Source: Meyerozyma guilliermondii (lineage: Eukaryota). Taken from it: 64,000 nt of DNA. Made by a program: the position numbers and the translations under genes. The notes below the pieces were generated by a model. The model searched no databases. It had not been told where the DNA came from and saw nothing but the letters and a program-made list of their open reading frames with translations. Shown in pieces: positions 21,985-32,100 of the stretch (within the stretch, counting starts at the first letter, position 1; each line of letters begins with the position of its first letter). The stretch covers positions 372,001-436,000 of the forward strand of contig CP128821.1 in assembly GCA_051546255.1 (NCBI GenBank), given 5' to 3'.

Positions 21985-22641
21985 TCATAGCAAGTATGTA
22001 TCCACAACCGACGCCGTGTGCTGTAAAATAAACTTTGCGTTTACAATGTCGTTGGAGTCTACCCGTTTGTACGCCAGCTCCAAATCATGCTCGATGTCTG
22101 CCTCAACATGTCTTTTTGCAACTCTGGTACGGCACACTTCAAGGTCGGCTTTTATCATCCATTTTTCGTCAACCAAAGAAGCGATTTCTTTCCACGGTTC
22201 GAGATCTAGCAAGAGGTAGAGACCCTCGATGATAACAATACTGGTCTCAGGTTCTATGGTCACCCCATTGGGCACGGGATCTTTTAGTTTGTGATCAAAT
22301 GAAGGTGCATATATTACCCCGCGTTGACAATTTTGACAGGTTTTTCGCAACCGGCGGACAAACCGCACCACGGCCTCCGCATCGAACGTAAATGGTGCAC
22401 CTCTTCTGGCAAAAGCAAATTCGGGATTTGGTAGCTTTCGGAGCTGGTCTCTCGAAAGATGAAACCCATCAATTCCCACCACGGTACACTTTACATTTGA
22501 ATTGGTGTTCATGTAGTTTGAGATTCTGTTCGCAATGGTCGATTTTCCCGACCCCGGTACTCCAGCAAGAGCGATCAAAACCCGGTCGTTTTCGGAGTTT
22601 TCGAGGCACTGTACTGCCCGGTTAGCGTATTCTTGGATCAT
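21985..22641 (-). CDS. Yfh7-like P-loop kinase (PRK/URK/PanK superfamily)
   Basis: Walker A GVPGSGKST, DGFHLSR, ARRGAPFTFD, PSFDHKLKDP, IIEGLYLLL. First ATG at 22641. Confidence 0.9.
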   Translation of the reverse strand: MIQEYANRAVQCLENSENDRVLIALAGVPGSGKSTIANRISNYMNTNSNVKCTVVGIDGFHLSRDQLRKLPNPEFAFARRGAPFTFDAEAVVRFVRRLRKTCQNCQRGVIYAPSFDHKLKDPVPNGVTIEPETSIVIIEGLYLLLDLEPWKEIASLVDEKWMIKADLEVCRTRVAKRHVEADIEHDLELAYKRVDSNDIVNAKFILQHTASVVDTYLL

Positions 22642-22776
22642 AGTTTGGGATTTTGGCCACAACCCCTTTTTAAAGTACGGAGACTGTGGTCCGCCGGAAA
22701 GTTTGACGGGACAGTGAGAGGGGCACAGATTTCCGAGCAGATATATAAAAATGCGGGGGGACGAATTTATCCTTCA
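22642..22776. promoter_or_regulatory. 135-bp divergent promoter (kinase/dehydrogenase) with CGG-N10-CCG, a TATA box and a Mig1-type site
   Basis: CGGAGACTGTGGTCCG at 22678-22693, ACGGGACAGT at 22706, TATATAAAA at 22742, AAAAATGCGGGG at about 22747. Confidence 0.65.
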
Positions 22777-23874
22777 ATGGAGTCGTTCAGCAACCCTGCG
22801 TTTGTATTAAAGTCTGTGAAGAATGTGGTCTTTGAAGATCGGCCAATTGCGGCTTTGGGACCCAAGGAAGTGAGGGTCAATGTTTCCGAAACGGGAATCT
22901 GCGGCAGCGATGTTCATTACTGGCAGCGAGGAAGAATTGGAAAGTTTATCTTGGAGGAAGGCACCGACATGGTTTTGGGCCACGAATCAAGCGGAGTAGT
23001 GGTGGAGACTGGGTCTGAGGTCCCAAACTTGAAAATTGGCGATAGAGTTGCAATTGAGCCTGGGGTTCCATGTAGGTACTGCGCACACTGCAGAGATGGA
23101 AAATATAACCACTGCGAAGATATGGTATTTGCAGCCACACCACCGTGGGATGGAACTTTAGCCAAGTACTACAATGTTGCCTACGACTACTGCTACAAGA
23201 TTCCAGACCATATGGACATGGAAGAAGCAGCTTTGGTGGAACCAGTTGCGGTGGCAGTGCAAATCTGTAAGCGAGCTCAAATTCAAGCCACTGATTCAGT
23301 GTTGGTATTTGGATGTGGTCCTATAGGACTCTTATGTCAGTCGGTGGCCAAGGCATACGCATGTAAAAAAGTCATTGGTGTGGATATTTCTGATGGCAGA
23401 TTGGAATTTGCAGCAAATTTCGCAGCCGATAATGTCTACAAAATGAGCATGAGACAGGAAAATGAATCGGCTGAAGAATTTGCAATTCGCATCTCAAAAG
23501 ACATCAAGTCCAAATTTGACTTGGGAGCTGGCGCAAACGTTGTTTTGGAAGCGTCTGGAGCCGAACCATGTATTCAGGTGGGAGTTTTTGCCGCTTGTCC
23601 CGAGGGCCGTTTTGTTCAGGCAGGAATGGGTCGCGAGTTCATTTCGTTTCCTGTCACCGAAGCGCTTGTCAAACAGCTCAATTGGACCGGTAGTATACGT
23701 TACAGTAGTGGAGTTTACCCTAATGCTGTTGAATTGGTTGCATCTGGAAAAGTCAAGGTGAAAAGTTTGATTACGAATCGGTTTAAATTTGAGGACGCAG
23801 AAAAGGCATTCGAGCTTGTCAAAGAAGGCCGGACCGATGTGATCAAGGTAGTTATTCAGGGATATAGGAAATGA
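22777..23874 (+). CDS. Zn-dependent NAD polyol dehydrogenase (sorbitol/xylitol dehydrogenase family, MDR)
   Basis: GICGSDVHYW, GHESSG, structural-Zn CRYCAHC...C, FAATPP.DGTL, GCGPIG, VDI (NAD-type Asp). ATG at 22777. Confidence 0.94.
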   Translation: MESFSNPAFVLKSVKNVVFEDRPIAALGPKEVRVNVSETGICGSDVHYWQRGRIGKFILEEGTDMVLGHESSGVVVETGSEVPNLKIGDRVAIEPGVPCRYCAHCRDGKYNHCEDMVFAATPPWDGTLAKYYNVAYDYCYKIPDHMDMEEAALVEPVAVAVQICKRAQIQATDSVLVFGCGPIGLLCQSVAKAYACKKVIGVDISDGRLEFAANFAADNVYKMSMRQENESAEEFAIRISKDIKSKFDLGAGANVVLEASGAEPCIQVGVFAACPEGRFVQAGMGREFISFPVTEALVKQLNWTGSIRYSSGVYPNAVELVASGKVKVKSLITNRFKFEDAEKAFELVKEGRTDVIKVVIQGYRK

Positions 23875-24033
23875 ATGGTCGACTCAACTAAACATTCCGA
23901 TACTCTTTCCGAATTTCCGATCCGTTTCATGGTGGGATAGTGTGTGGTATTTTTGTGGTATTTTTGTGGGGCAGGTGCACAGAATCCCGGCGGTACTTAA
24001 ACCCAGCATTCCCCATCTCACCAGTATTCCAAA

Positions 24034-24837
24034 ATGCAATCCATTAGAAAGCCAAACCCTCAATTACCCGACAGCGTGTTCCAGATGTTCTCTATGAAGG
24101 GAAAATCTGTCATTATCACCGGTGCGAGTGGTGGAATCGCCCATGAGGTTGCGAGAGCTCTCGCTGAAGCTGGTGCCAATCTCAGCTTATGGTACCACAA
24201 CAATCCTCTTGCAAAAGATCTTGCGGAGGAATTAACCCAAAAGTATGGAGTTGAAGCCCATGCGCTCAAAGTGGATGTCAAGTCGTGGGAACAAGTTGAA
24301 GCAGGTGTTACCAACACAGTTGAGAAATTTGGCCAGTTGAATGTGATGATTGCGAATGCTGGTATTCCTGCGAAAGCCGGTGGTTTGGACCAAACTTTGG
24401 CTGAATGGCACGATGTGGTCGACACTGACTTTAACGGTGCTTATTATTGTGCCCGAGCTGCTGGAAATGTGTTCAAGAAACAAGGATTTGGAAATCTTAT
24501 TTTCACCGGTTCCATGTCGGGACATATTGTTAACATTCCCCAGCAGCAAGCGTGCTACAATGCCTCAAAAGCTGCTGTGATCCACTTGGCCAAGTCATTG
24601 GCTGTTGAGTGGGCAGACTTTGCAAGGGTCAATTCGGTTTCTCCAGGATACATTGATACACCTATTTCTGGTGATTGTCCATTTGAGATGAAGGAAGCTT
24701 GGTTCAAAATGATCCCGCTTCACAGAGATGCTGATCCTAGAGAGTTGAAGGGTATTTACTTGTACTTGGCTAGTGATGCTTCCACGTATACTACGGGAAG
24801 CGATTTTATCGTTGATGGTGGCTTCTGCTGCCCATAG
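24034..24837 (+). CDS. Second SDR of the sorbose / L-xylulose reductase family
   Basis: TGASGGIA, ANAGI, SMSGHIVNIPQQQACYNASK, LAVEWADFARVNSVSPGYIDT. Confidence 0.92.
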   Translation: MQSIRKPNPQLPDSVFQMFSMKGKSVIITGASGGIAHEVARALAEAGANLSLWYHNNPLAKDLAEELTQKYGVEAHALKVDVKSWEQVEAGVTNTVEKFGQLNVMIANAGIPAKAGGLDQTLAEWHDVVDTDFNGAYYCARAAGNVFKKQGFGNLIFTGSMSGHIVNIPQQQACYNASKAAVIHLAKSLAVEWADFARVNSVSPGYIDTPISGDCPFEMKEAWFKMIPLHRDADPRELKGIYLYLASDASTYTTGSDFIVDGGFCCP

Positions 24838-25081
24838 AATAAATTTGCACCCAAAACTTGTAATGCATACAGGATCCCGTAAATTACGCGCACCCCACCT
24901 CGTTATTGTGGGGTAGATCTTGCATCGAGGCGGATGCAGGTTGTGAAAAATCACGGAGACAGTACACCTTTCTCCACCAAATGAACACCTCTAAGCGGCT
25001 CAATCCATACTTTTCTCCCCCACAACCATAAGGATTAGCTGATCTATATAAGAAATGGACTCCACCAGCTGAAGGTCAACC

Positions 25082-26611
25082 ATGAAATTTAAGTCTTCAA
25101 GTATAAGTGAAATTGTGGGTCCAGCTATTGCGGAGGTGTTGCCTGACCATGGTGTTCCCTGGTTTAGGGTTAGGCACCTTTTAACACTCAATTTGTTGTT
25201 GGTTGTACCACTTCTCTCGTCAGCAACTGCTGGGTACGATGGGTCCTTGATGAACGGTTTGCAGTCTTTGACAGAATGGAAAGATTATTTCCATCATCCA
25301 GAAGGGACAATGCTTGGTTTTGTCAATGCAGCGCAAAATTGTGGCTGTTTTATTGTACTTCCTTTTTGCGGATGGTGTACCGATAAGTATGGAAGAAAAT
25401 TGACCATATTTGCTGGATTGATAGGAATTGTCATTGCTACAATTATCCAAGCTACAGCTACTACAGTTGCCCAGCTAATTGTGTCGCGGTTTATCGTTGG
25501 AGCAGCTGGAATGTTGGCAGTTCAACCTGCACCGTTATTAATAGCAGAAATGTCTTACCCTACTTTTCGAGGTAAAATGACTTCACTTTACTGGTGTGGA
25601 TATTACCTTGGTGCTATCTTGGCGTCGTGGACTTGCTATGGAACCGACGGCAGAGGAGATACTTGGGCATGGAGAATTCCCACTATCTTGCAAGCTGGGT
25701 TCCCATGTGTTCAGCTCATATTTTTGTGGCTTGTTCCAGAGAGTCCTCGTTGGCTAGTATCTAAAGATCGAATGGATGAAGCACGGGCTTTGCTTGTCGA
25801 GTATCATGCTGGTGGAGACGAAAACTCAGAATTGGTCAAGGTGGAATTGACAGAAATTGTAACTGCTTTGGAGACAGAAAAGGCTGCAAAACAGTCTAGG
25901 TGGAGCGATTTGATTTCAACACCAGGTAACAGAAAACGTACTTATATTGCTGTGAGTCTTGGGGTGTTTGCTCAATGGAATGGTATTGCCGTTGTGTCTT
26001 ATTATTTGACTTTGGTATTGGACACTATAGGAATTACTGACTCATCGATGCAAACGTTGATAAATGGTTTGCTTCAAATCTTCAATCTTTTGGCAGCTGC
26101 CTCTGCTGCGTTGTTGGTGGACTGGTTTGGAAGAAGAACCTTGTTTCTTTGGTCCGGTGTTGGAATGCTTGTATCGTATATCATCTGGACTGCTTGTTCT
26201 GCAGTTTTTGATGAGACGAAAAATACGGCAGCTGGTCGAGCTGTGGTTGGGTTCATTTTCATTTTTTACTTCCACTACGATATTGCCTATACTCCATTGC
26301 TCTTGGCATATCCTACAGAGATCTTTCCTTATTTTTTGCGTTCCAAAGGTGTCACTGCCGAGTTGATGGGAGTCTATGGTTCGTTGATAATTGCGGCTTT
26401 TTGCAACTCAATTGCTTTGGACAGAATTGGCTGGAAGTACTACATTGTGTTCTGTGTCTTGTTGGCTATCATTTGCGTCAACACCTACCTTTTCTATCCA
26501 GAAACGAAGGGCTACTCATTAGAGGAAATCGCTCGGATTTTTGATGGTGAAAAAGCCTTTGATATGGAGTTGGACGTGGATTCCAAGCCACAAGTAGAGC
26601 ATCTGGACTGA
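25082..26611 (+). CDS. MFS sugar porter, lactose-permease/cellodextrin-transporter-like
   Basis: GYDGSLMNGLQSL, DKYGRK, WAWRIP, VPESPRWL, PETKGYSLEEI; multiple TM helices. Confidence 0.93.
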   Translation: MKFKSSSISEIVGPAIAEVLPDHGVPWFRVRHLLTLNLLLVVPLLSSATAGYDGSLMNGLQSLTEWKDYFHHPEGTMLGFVNAAQNCGCFIVLPFCGWCTDKYGRKLTIFAGLIGIVIATIIQATATTVAQLIVSRFIVGAAGMLAVQPAPLLIAEMSYPTFRGKMTSLYWCGYYLGAILASWTCYGTDGRGDTWAWRIPTILQAGFPCVQLIFLWLVPESPRWLVSKDRMDEARALLVEYHAGGDENSELVKVELTEIVTALETEKAAKQSRWSDLISTPGNRKRTYIAVSLGVFAQWNGIAVVSYYLTLVLDTIGITDSSMQTLINGLLQIFNLLAAASAALLVDWFGRRTLFLWSGVGMLVSYIIWTACSAVFDETKNTAAGRAVVGFIFIFYFHYDIAYTPLLLAYPTEIFPYFLRSKGVTAELMGVYGSLIIAAFCNSIALDRIGWKYYIVFCVLLAIICVNTYLFYPETKGYSLEEIARIFDGEKAFDMELDVDSKPQVEHLD

Positions 26612-27106
26612 CAAGATTAGCTTGGATTCATTACGTTTTACGACTTTTTAAAATACAAGATTTTCAATTCTTTCAGATTTTGTAATTTTAAAATTTTTCG
26701 AATTTTCATTTTTTTGAATTTTGGGATCTTAAACTGACAGACCGTTCTAGGTGAGTAGAAAAAAAAGTATTCATAGACTTCCACAATAAAGTAGGGCCTA
26801 CTTGCTATTCTCTTGAAAATCCATTCTGTTTTTCCCGATTAGGAAATTGGTTGCAACCATAGTTGCACCTACATTATTTCAAACATCTTATATTAAGACC
26901 GGTCCATAGCCGATGAGCATAACACCATCTAGTAAGCATTTCTCAGGGTAGGTGTCTAATGGCCACCTGCAGCCAATAGTCATCCTAATGTTAAAGGGTA
27001 TACTTGTAGACAGATAAATAATTTTGAATGGACCAACAGTACAAAAGAAAATTGGGTAATAGGTCTAACACGTCATTATGGGTACTTTTTGAATGGGTGA
27101 AGCGAA

Positions 27107-28054
27107 TTAGTAGTTGTAAGATCTTCTTCTCTTTCTGCAAGCACCTTTTCCAGTGGAGCTTGGAGTGGTTCCAGATTTAGTTGGGGTAGCAGAAGATTTC
27201 ACAGATCCAGAAACTGGTCCACCACACTTTCCAGAAGCGGCAGCCAAAGCAGTGGTGATCACATCATTCAATGTACCAAGGTTGAAGAAAGCCTTGAACA
27301 AGGATGGAACCAAGCCGGAAGCAGCAAGGTCGGAGATAAGTTGTGGGATGGTAAGAGCACCACTGCTGAACAATTGTTTGATCAAGTCAGCACCAAAGGT
27401 CAAGAAACCTTGGTCGGTAACCAAAGCTTGCACAACTTGGTCGGCCAATCCAGAAGTTTTCAACGATTCCATCACACTGACAAGAACGTCATAAGCATCT
27501 CTCTTTTCAACTTCTGGCAACAGAATTTCAGCAGATTCAAGTTCTTCGATCTCTCTCTTGCCGGTAATCTTAGCCTTAAGCTTTCCAATCAAATCAGAAA
27601 TGTATTGCTCGGCAATTTTGAAAATTTCTTGGTAAAGTTGACAGTCGTTGATAAGACCTTTAATGACCAGCACCGCCAAACCAGAGTCGTTCAAAGCCTT
27701 AAGCAAAGTACCAAGGTTGATCAATCCGTGCTGGATAAGGTAGACAATGGTCTTTTGAGTGATAGGACCAAATACTGGATCGGAAACAAGGTACAGAATA
27801 ATTTGAGGTGCGAAACCAAAGTTTTTGATTAAAGACAAAACATCGGTAACAATTTTGTTTTCTCTCTTCATGATCTCATCAGCACTCATGGTATCTCTCT
27901 TGGCAACAAAGTCATTCATAGATACAACAAGTTCATTGGCAGCAGAAATGTCTCTCTTAGTAAGAGCAGTTTCTCCTTCAAATGGAGCAGGAGCAGCATT
28001 GACGGCAGCTGTGAGAGCCAAGACCAAGGTGGCAGATGTGGCAGTCAATTTCAT
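27107..28054 (-). CDS. Secreted OP4/Ops4-like protein with multiple Kex2 (KR) sites
   Basis: Signal peptide ending ...VNAAP, five internal KR sites, repeated L..SGL(A) helices, Ser/Thr-rich and basic tail. Confidence 0.75.
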   Translation of the reverse strand: MKLTATSATLVLALTAAVNAAPAPFEGETALTKRDISAANELVVSMNDFVAKRDTMSADEIMKRENKIVTDVLSLIKNFGFAPQIILYLVSDPVFGPITQKTIVYLIQHGLINLGTLLKALNDSGLAVLVIKGLINDCQLYQEIFKIAEQYISDLIGKLKAKITGKREIEELESAEILLPEVEKRDAYDVLVSVMESLKTSGLADQVVQALVTDQGFLTFGADLIKQLFSSGALTIPQLISDLAASGLVPSLFKAFFNLGTLNDVITTALAAASGKCGGPVSGSVKSSATPTKSGTTPSSTGKGACRKRRRSYNY

Positions 28055-29175
28055 GGTAGTTGAAGTTAAGCGAGTAGACTGGTGTTAGAAAACAAAGATC
28101 CGGAATGGGGGATCCATTTTATAATAATTTTGCGACCGGTCGAAACATATCCAGATTTGGCAGTTTCTCTAAATTTAGTGGATAGGAGGAGAAATCTGAG
28201 TTGACTTGGCAAAAGTTGGTATGTTTTGTTACTGCTTTTGGCATTTTTTCGACTAGTTTTTTGGACTATGCAGTTGGCTGCTAATACCTTTACCCAATTA
28301 GGAAAAAGGCTTCAGCAACACTATATACAAAAGAGGAAATGTCCAACATGCAGGCCACGCAACAAGTGCGAGGGGTGCCAATTAAATTTCCGTTTTAGGC
28401 AATAACTAAGGTGCCATCCAATACCCGGTAAAGTGAAGTAGTCGTACCTTCACCAAGATTTGGCGGTCAGGGACAGGTTCTAGACGACGACAAATGTCCT
28501 AAAACGAATAATCGAGATGGGATAGTATGCAGTACCACACAAACTTAGCCAATGTGCATTTCCTTGACAGCCGTAAGTATGGCCGAAAGAAAACAAGGTG
28601 CTAATTGCAGTAGATTGACCACATTAAACAGTTAGTCTTGTGAGTTTCATGGTTGGTGGCATTAATGCAATCGGCTGCAAAACGACGCATTATTTCTGGA
28701 ATGAATGCCTTACATAATGCGTGGAACCGGCCGCTTCTCCAAGGAAGTTTCTGCACACAGGGCTCACACACCCACAATTTCCTGCAGACAACCGTAGGCT
28801 TGGGATACGGCTTAAGCGCTAGTTTTGCAACACTTTTGCATTTTGGAGACTGTAGTAGCCCCGTAAGCTCTCTTAATGCTTGCTTACAAATTTATAGCTA
28901 TACAGGTATACATTTATGTGCAATTGTGTAGTATTGCTTTTATTCATTTGTTTACCAATATTATTTTTCAATGAGGGTGCGGAACTATCGGTCCCAGATA
29001 ACGAACTCGAAACAACTCTTTTTACAAATTTAACCATTCAATTTGTGATTAGCACCCAAGAGGTAACTCGCTATAGCATACACAATCCACAACTATTAAT
29101 ATTTTCACCACAAATTTGTCATACATTCGGTTTTCGTGTTTCTGCTTACTCGGCTAACTCACACTTTATTTCACC

Positions 29176-32100
29176 ATGAATTGGTTATTGACCATTCTTT
29201 CATGTGTGGTGGCGTTCTACGTGTGTCTCATCCTAATTGTAAACCGAATACCACATGTCACCATCAAATCTTTCGGCTGGTTGGCATTCAAGCATGTCAC
29301 GGTGACGTTGCCGACTTCCAGAATATACATCCGAAAAATCTACTTTCGGTTCCATTTGTTCCGCTGGAGAAACTCTCCTGTTCGGTTCTTGGGAATTGAG
29401 TTTGTGGATGTGAACATCGAGCGAATTGCCCCGTCGAATGAAAAGAAATCTTCACAACCTCGCACCTTGAATATTCCGGAAGAACTTCAATTGATAGTGC
29501 CCAAAAGACTCCACAACTTCTTGATATCGACACGGATCATCAACCAGGTCATCTTCATGTTTTTCCGTGTTTCCGTCTGTGACGCTGACCGCAGAGATGC
29601 TTACTCACTATTCGTCGATGTCTTCAAGATGGAAGCACTGTACTCTTCTGTGGCCAAGAACCGGGTTCTGTTCGCGGTTTATAACCTCTATTTAAGCTCT
29701 GGAGACCCCAAATCGGAAGATTACCAGAGCAATATACTTCAATTGAGAAACATTGAATTCACAGTTCTTTGTTCGGTTATCACTGAGTGTCCCATCCATG
29801 ATCCTTCCAAGTACGCTTGGTCTTTCCGCAACTTCGACTTCAATTTGTCAGTGGACAAGCTTGTGGTTCCTCTCGATCGAACCAAATCGTTTGTTTCCAA
29901 ACTCAAACCGTCTACAACTGCAAAGGTTCCAGAGACAGTAAAGATTAATAAAAGGAAACAAATTGATGCCAATTTGGACCTTATCGATCAGATCTTAAAG
30001 TTGGTGGAGTTGACAGATATAAAATTCAATGATCTCGTACTTTCATGCGGCGACGTTGAGTTGACATGCGGGAATGCTGCGTTTTCAATTACACCGCTCA
30101 AGAAGTTTAATACCATTCCAACGGGGGCCAGAGTATTCACAATCTACTTGACTTCGACAAAACTTCACCACAAAGGCACCAAATGCTTGGATTTACCATC
30201 TGGAACTTTTGCATTAGAGTCCACTCCTATGCGTTTAATCCGCCGTATTTATAACTTTATGGACCACAAATGTGAAGATTTTGGAAAACAAGAACCTTTA
30301 AATGTGGCCAGTTCAGTCACCTTGACAAACTCGGTGATTGATATCTATCATGATCAGCTAGACTTGATACAACACTTGATCAAACCCAAGTCGTCCTCAA
30401 AACAAAAACCAGCATTTGCTCCAATTATAAAGCATATACTTGCAATCGTGTCAGAAGTCAAGTTGAAGATTGTCGTCGTTACTACTACTCTTAATATGCA
30501 TTTTCCCAAGCCAAGTATGTCGAAAATCGAGAAGAAAGAAACGTTTCATCGTGACGCTTATCTGAACATGGTTGTGTCGATCAGCTTGCAAGGTTTCGTG
30601 CACAAGTTCATGAATAAGAACTTGAGTCAAATCATACAGTCACCAAGCTCCAAACACAAAACTCAGTTACTTACAGGTATTTTCAAGTTTGTGGGTTTTG
30701 AGTACTTGGTGGCCGACAACACCATATCACTTCCAAAGTTCAGCATGAAGGCGACCTATGATGTCTTCAACAATAATATTTCGTTGACGGTAATACTCAA
30801 AAACTTGAAGATGTCCTCGGTGAACTCGGCGATCTTTCACCTAGCTCGTGAAATTAGGAACAGAAATATTGAGCACTCAAATCGAAGATATGATCTTTTG
30901 ATGGGACAAGATAAGGACGAACCACCACTTGAAGACCCACAGAAAGAAGTCCAGAGCTACGTCAAATTATTTGAGATATTACCTTCTTTCATATCGTCGA
31001 TCAAAGTTAGTGTCACTTCCCTCCAAGCTGATATCATATGTAACGATGGTCTACCTAGTTTCACCATCTACGACGAGACACTCAAAAGAGACATTGATCT
31101 TGCCGAATTTAAGCGTGGTGTTTCCATCAAGATAGAGGGTGTGAGTATCAACTACAAGAGAGCGTCTGAAGATGTCCTGGCGAAAATGCGTACGTTTCAA
31201 TGCTTCACGCTCAGTGAGTACATGTCTGAGTACATTCCCGACTTTGATCTTGTGACCACCTATGACGAGCAACTGTCGACTGTGAGCGACGTTACCAGCT
31301 TGGACACTACACTCTCGGAAGAAAACGATAGTGCCAATCTCAAGAGAGTTAAAAAGGTTGTTTATGTCCGGGACTTGAAAATTGGTAACTACAATAAAGA
31401 GGACAAGAACTTGTTGACGCTCATGATCCCAGAAGCCGATGGTCGTTTAGACACCTTTTTCATTTGGTGTTCTATTTATGCCCGAACGTTAATTCACTAC
31501 TTTGCTCCAACCGTCAAGAGAAAAGCGTCTGGAAGAAGAATATCCCAACTCAGTGGTTCACGCTCAAACCTCAAGCTCAATGTTAAGATAGACTCGGTAG
31601 CCGTGGTGTCGCGGTTTCCAAACAATGTCGATGCGTTATTCGAAATAGAGTCGTTGACTCTGTCAGATGTGATAACAACGAAGGAAGCAAACATCACCTT
31701 TGCCAGAGTCTATGTGGTACATCCTGCTGTCAAAAGATGGGCAAGACTCTTATCGATTGCTCACTTTAACTTTAAGCTTGGCTTGGACCTTGAGTCGAAT
31801 CTTGTTGATGTTTTTGCAACCACCATTCGGTTGAATATTCCCTACTCGTTTTTGTTCTACACTGTGTTTGATAACATTATCACATTTGCCAAGGCAGTCC
31901 GCCAAATCAAGCAAAACTTTCTAAACTTTGTCGAAGGAAACAACGACTACAGCAGAATATTACCCCAAAAGCGAGATGCAACCGACTTTCCTTCGGTTAG
32001 AATTCGTACAAAGACTTTGGGAATGTCACTCGAGAACGACCCATTCGAGCGTGAATTGGGATTCATCTTTGAGCTTGCTGCGATAGAAAACGAAAACAGG

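Noticed and set aside
22633..22776. 48-codon upstream extension of the dehydrogenase ORF
   Set aside because: Starts at TTG and runs through the promoter and TATA; family homology begins at ATG 22777.
19068..26611. Calling the cluster GAL/LAC, L-rhamnose or erythritol utilisation
   Set aside because: The diagnostic enzymes of those clusters (GAL1/7/10, beta-galactosidase, dehydratase/aldolase, DAK kinase and isomerases) are absent from the window.
26635..26725. T-tract-rich stretch after the transporter as a possible replication origin or centromere
   Set aside because: Short and adequately explained as a 3'-end/terminator region.
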